NCBI GenBank assembly: GCA_021845865.1
Contig: JAJZVC010000011.1
Span: 405-64,404 of the forward strand
DNA: 64,000 bases
Origin: Pseudomonadota bacterium
Lineage (GTDB): Bacteria; Pseudomonadota; Gammaproteobacteria; Burkholderiales; UBA9220
Reading direction: 5' to 3'
Each line of letters opens with the position of its first letter. Position 1 is the first letter of the stretch. A program made the translations under genes and the position numbers. This document shows, one piece after another, positions 61,716-64,000 of this stretch. The notes under the pieces are model-generated. The model saw only the letters and a list, made by a program, of their open reading frames with translations, was not told the origin of the DNA and made no database searches.

Positions 61716-61730
61716 GCAATGTTCGCGCCA
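61716..61730 (-). promoter_or_regulatory. Putative sigma-54 (-24/-12) promoter for the porin-SBP-kinase operon
   Basis: Minus strand TGGCGCG-AACA-TTGC with exact GG-N10-GC spacing, about 70 nt before the ATG. Confidence 0.55.
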
Positions 61731-61821
61731 ATCCGCTTGACAGCGGGGCGGCGAAACGGAGAATTCGGGGTTTCCCCTACGGCTGGCGTAGGGATTTCTC
61801 GAGGCACGGAAGCGATTCGGC

Positions 61822-62649
61822 ATGAAGTTGAAATTCACCAAAATGCATGGCCTGGGCAACGATTTCGTCGTCATCGACGGCGTTTCCCAGTCCGTATCCC
61901 TGACCCCGGAGCAGGTGCGCTTCCTGGCGGACCGCCATTTCGGCGTCGGCTGCGACCAGCTGCTGCTGGTGGAAACCTCCGCCGTGGCCGACTTCCGCTA
62001 CCGCATTTTCAACGCCGACGGCGGCGAGGTGGAGCAATGCGGCAACGGCGCCCGCTGTTTCGTGCGCTTCGTCCACGACCAGGGGCTGACCGCCAAGAGC
62101 GAAATCCGCGTCGAGACCCTGAAGGGCATCATCCAGCCCCGCCTGGAGGCGGACGGCCAGGTGACCGTCGACATGGGGCCGCCGCGCTTCGAGCCGGCGG
62201 ACGTGCCCTTCGTCGCTGAACGGCGGGCGCTGACCTACGAATTGGACCTGGTGGAGGAGAGCGTCGAGGTTTCCGCCCTATCCATGGGCAACCCCCACGC
62301 CGTGCAGGTGGTGGCGGACGCCGAGACCGCGCCGGTGGAGCGCCAGGGGCCCCTCATCGAGCGCCATCCCCGTTTCCCCAACCGCGTCAACGCCGGCTTC
62401 ATGCAGGTTCTCGGCCGCCACGCCGTCAAGCTGCGGGTCTACGAGCGGGGGGCGGGGGAAACCCTGGCCTGCGGCACCGGCGCCTGCGCCGCAGCGGTGG
62501 CGGGCATTACCCGGGGGCTGGTGGACAGCCCGGTGACGGTCCACACCCGGGGCGGCGACCTGGTGATCCGCTGGGAAGGGGAAGGCCGGCCGGTGCTGAT
62601 GACCGGCCCGGCGGTGACGGTGTTCGAGGGCGAGATCGACCTGCCATGA
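61822..62649 (+). CDS. dapF: Diaminopimelate epimerase
   Basis: [36 protein letters not shown]. Confidence 0.96.
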   Translation: MKLKFTKMHGLGNDFVVIDGVSQSVSLTPEQVRFLADRHFGVGCDQLLLVETSAVADFRYRIFNADGGEVEQCGNGARCFVRFVHDQGLTAKSEIRVETLKGIIQPRLEADGQVTVDMGPPRFEPADVPFVAERRALTYELDLVEESVEVSALSMGNPHAVQVVADAETAPVERQGPLIERHPRFPNRVNAGFMQVLGRHAVKLRVYERGAGETLACGTGACAAAVAGITRGLVDSPVTVHTRGGDLVIRWEGEGRPVLMTGPAVTVFEGEIDLP

Positions 62650-63611
62650 GGCGCATCGACGTCTTCAACGGCGATGCCGACGGGCTTTGCGCCCTGCACC
62701 AGCTGCGCCTCGCCGAACCGGCGGAGTCGGAACTGGTCACCGGCGTCAAGCGCGACATCGCCCTCCTGGAGCGGGTCACGGCGGAGGAGGGGGACGCGGT
62801 GACGGTGCTGGACGTCTCCCTGGACAAGAACCGCGGCGCCCTCCTGCGCCTTTTGGCGGCGGGGGCGACGGTGCGCTATTTCGACCATCATTTTCCCGGC
62901 GACATTCCCGTCCATCCCCGCCTGGAGGTCCACATCGACACCGCCGCCGAGGTCTGCACCAGCCTGCTGGTGGACCGCCATCTCGGCGGCCGCTTCCGTC
63001 CCTGGGCGGTGGCGGCGGCCTTCGGCGACAACCTCCACGCCAGCGCCCGGCAGGCCGCCGCGCCCCTCGGCCTGGACGAGGACCGGCTGAATACCCTGCG
63101 GGAGCTGGGGGAGTGCCTCAATTACAACGGTTACGGCGAATCCCTCGCCGACCTGCATTTCCATCCCGCCGAACTCTACCGGCTGGTGAGCGGCTACGCC
63201 GACCCCTTCGCTTTCGCCGCCGAGGAAGCGGCCTACGCCCGTTTGCGGGACGGCTACCGGGAGGACATGGCCCAGGCCGCGGCCCTGAAGCCGGAGGCGG
63301 AAACGGCGGGCGGGGCGGTCTACCTGCTGCCCGACGCGCCTTGGAGCCGACGGGTATCCGGGGTCTTCGCCAACGACCTAGCCACGGCCCATCCCAATCG
63401 GGCCCACGGGGTGCTGAGCCGCCGCCGCGACGGCGCGTATACCGTCAGCGTGCGGGCTCCCCTGGCGAATCCCTCGGGCGCGGACGAGTTGTGCCGCGCT
63501 TTCCCCACCGGCGGCGGGCGCAAAGGGGCGGCGGGCATCAACTGTCTGCCGGCGGACCAACTGGAAACGTTTTTTGCCCGTTTTCGCGCCGCTTACCCGG
63601 ATGTCATTTAG
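62646..63611 (+). CDS. DHH-family phosphoesterase
   Basis: [29 protein letters not shown]. Confidence 0.8.
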   Translation: MRRIDVFNGDADGLCALHQLRLAEPAESELVTGVKRDIALLERVTAEEGDAVTVLDVSLDKNRGALLRLLAAGATVRYFDHHFPGDIPVHPRLEVHIDTAAEVCTSLLVDRHLGGRFRPWAVAAAFGDNLHASARQAAAPLGLDEDRLNTLRELGECLNYNGYGESLADLHFHPAELYRLVSGYADPFAFAAEEAAYARLRDGYREDMAQAAALKPEAETAGGAVYLLPDAPWSRRVSGVFANDLATAHPNRAHGVLSRRRDGAYTVSVRAPLANPSGADELCRAFPTGGGRKGAAGINCLPADQLETFFARFRAAYPDVI

Positions 63612-63670
63612 CTTGGCGGGAAAAGGGGGATTGGTGGTAAATTATCGCCATCGCTAGGAGGGAAAATCCC

Positions 63671-64000
63671 ATGGACGTCAAAATCGACTTCGTTCCCGAA
63701 GCCGGCCTCTACCACCTGACCTTCGACCACGCCCGCGTCTCCCTTTCCCGGGCGGAGCTGGAAGCCCTGGTCCTTCAGGCGGTCAAGCACTTGCCCGGCC
63801 TGGTGCCCGGCGTCGAGGTGACGGAGGACGAGGACGTTTACCGCATCCCCATGCGGCGTCTGATGGATATGGGGGACCGGGATATCCAGCTGCTGCTGCG
63901 GGAAGTGCAGTCGGAGGACCTGGTCAAGGCCCTATGGTTCATGGACGACCCCGCCCTTTCCGAACGGGTGTTCGCCAACCTCAGCCACCGTACCCGGGAA
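63671..64000 (+). CDS. Protein with a FliG C-terminal-like domain, truncated by the window end
   Basis: AGGAGG RBS; own translation gives ..LMDMGDRDIQLLLREVQSEDLVKALWFM...ERVFANLSHR. Confidence 0.55.
   Translation, partial: MDVKIDFVPEAGLYHLTFDHARVSLSRAELEALVLQAVKHLPGLVPGVEVTEDEDVYRIPMRRLMDMGDRDIQLLLREVQSEDLVKALWFMDDPALSERVFANLSHRTRE

Noticed and set aside
61775-61793. CCCTAC-N7-GTAGGG palindrome between the porin gene and dapF
   Set aside because: It could be a regulator binding site, but it is short and single-copy and cannot be assigned from sequence alone.

Overview
High-GC betaproteobacterial chromosome segment, mostly housekeeping: apbE, PTS EIIA-ptsH-ptsI, metX-metW, ampG, xth/pyrE, an alpha carbonic anhydrase, gatCAB, the mreBCD-mrdA-rodA-rlpA-dacA-dat-ybeD-lipB-lipA cluster, a NodIJ-like ABC pair, DUF484-xerC, CHAD-PPK2, a metH lacking its reactivation domain, a CHASE2 cyclase-SH3-M48 operon, ahcY-metF (SAH riboswitch), metK (SAM-II-like riboswitch), two lipid A acyltransferases, a LamB-SBP-histidine kinase operon and dapF. 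Three small repeat-bounded inserts stand out. (1) A DUF559/Vsr-like nuclease domain is fused in frame to LipB and bracketed by a family of ~36-bp palindromes. (2) A four-helix-bundle (TIGR02436-like) gene lies between ahcY and metF, flanked by mutually inverted heptamer arrays that could loop it out of the mRNA. (3) A ~590-bp non-coding nested inverted-repeat element carries C-GNA-G triloop hairpins and one of the lipB-type palindromes at its apex, next to an AT-rich orphan gene. An AT-rich islet after lipA holds a toxin-antitoxin pair, a membrane protein and a zinc-ribbon protein, and is bordered by a dtd remnant. All family assignments come from motif recognition by eye, not from database searches.
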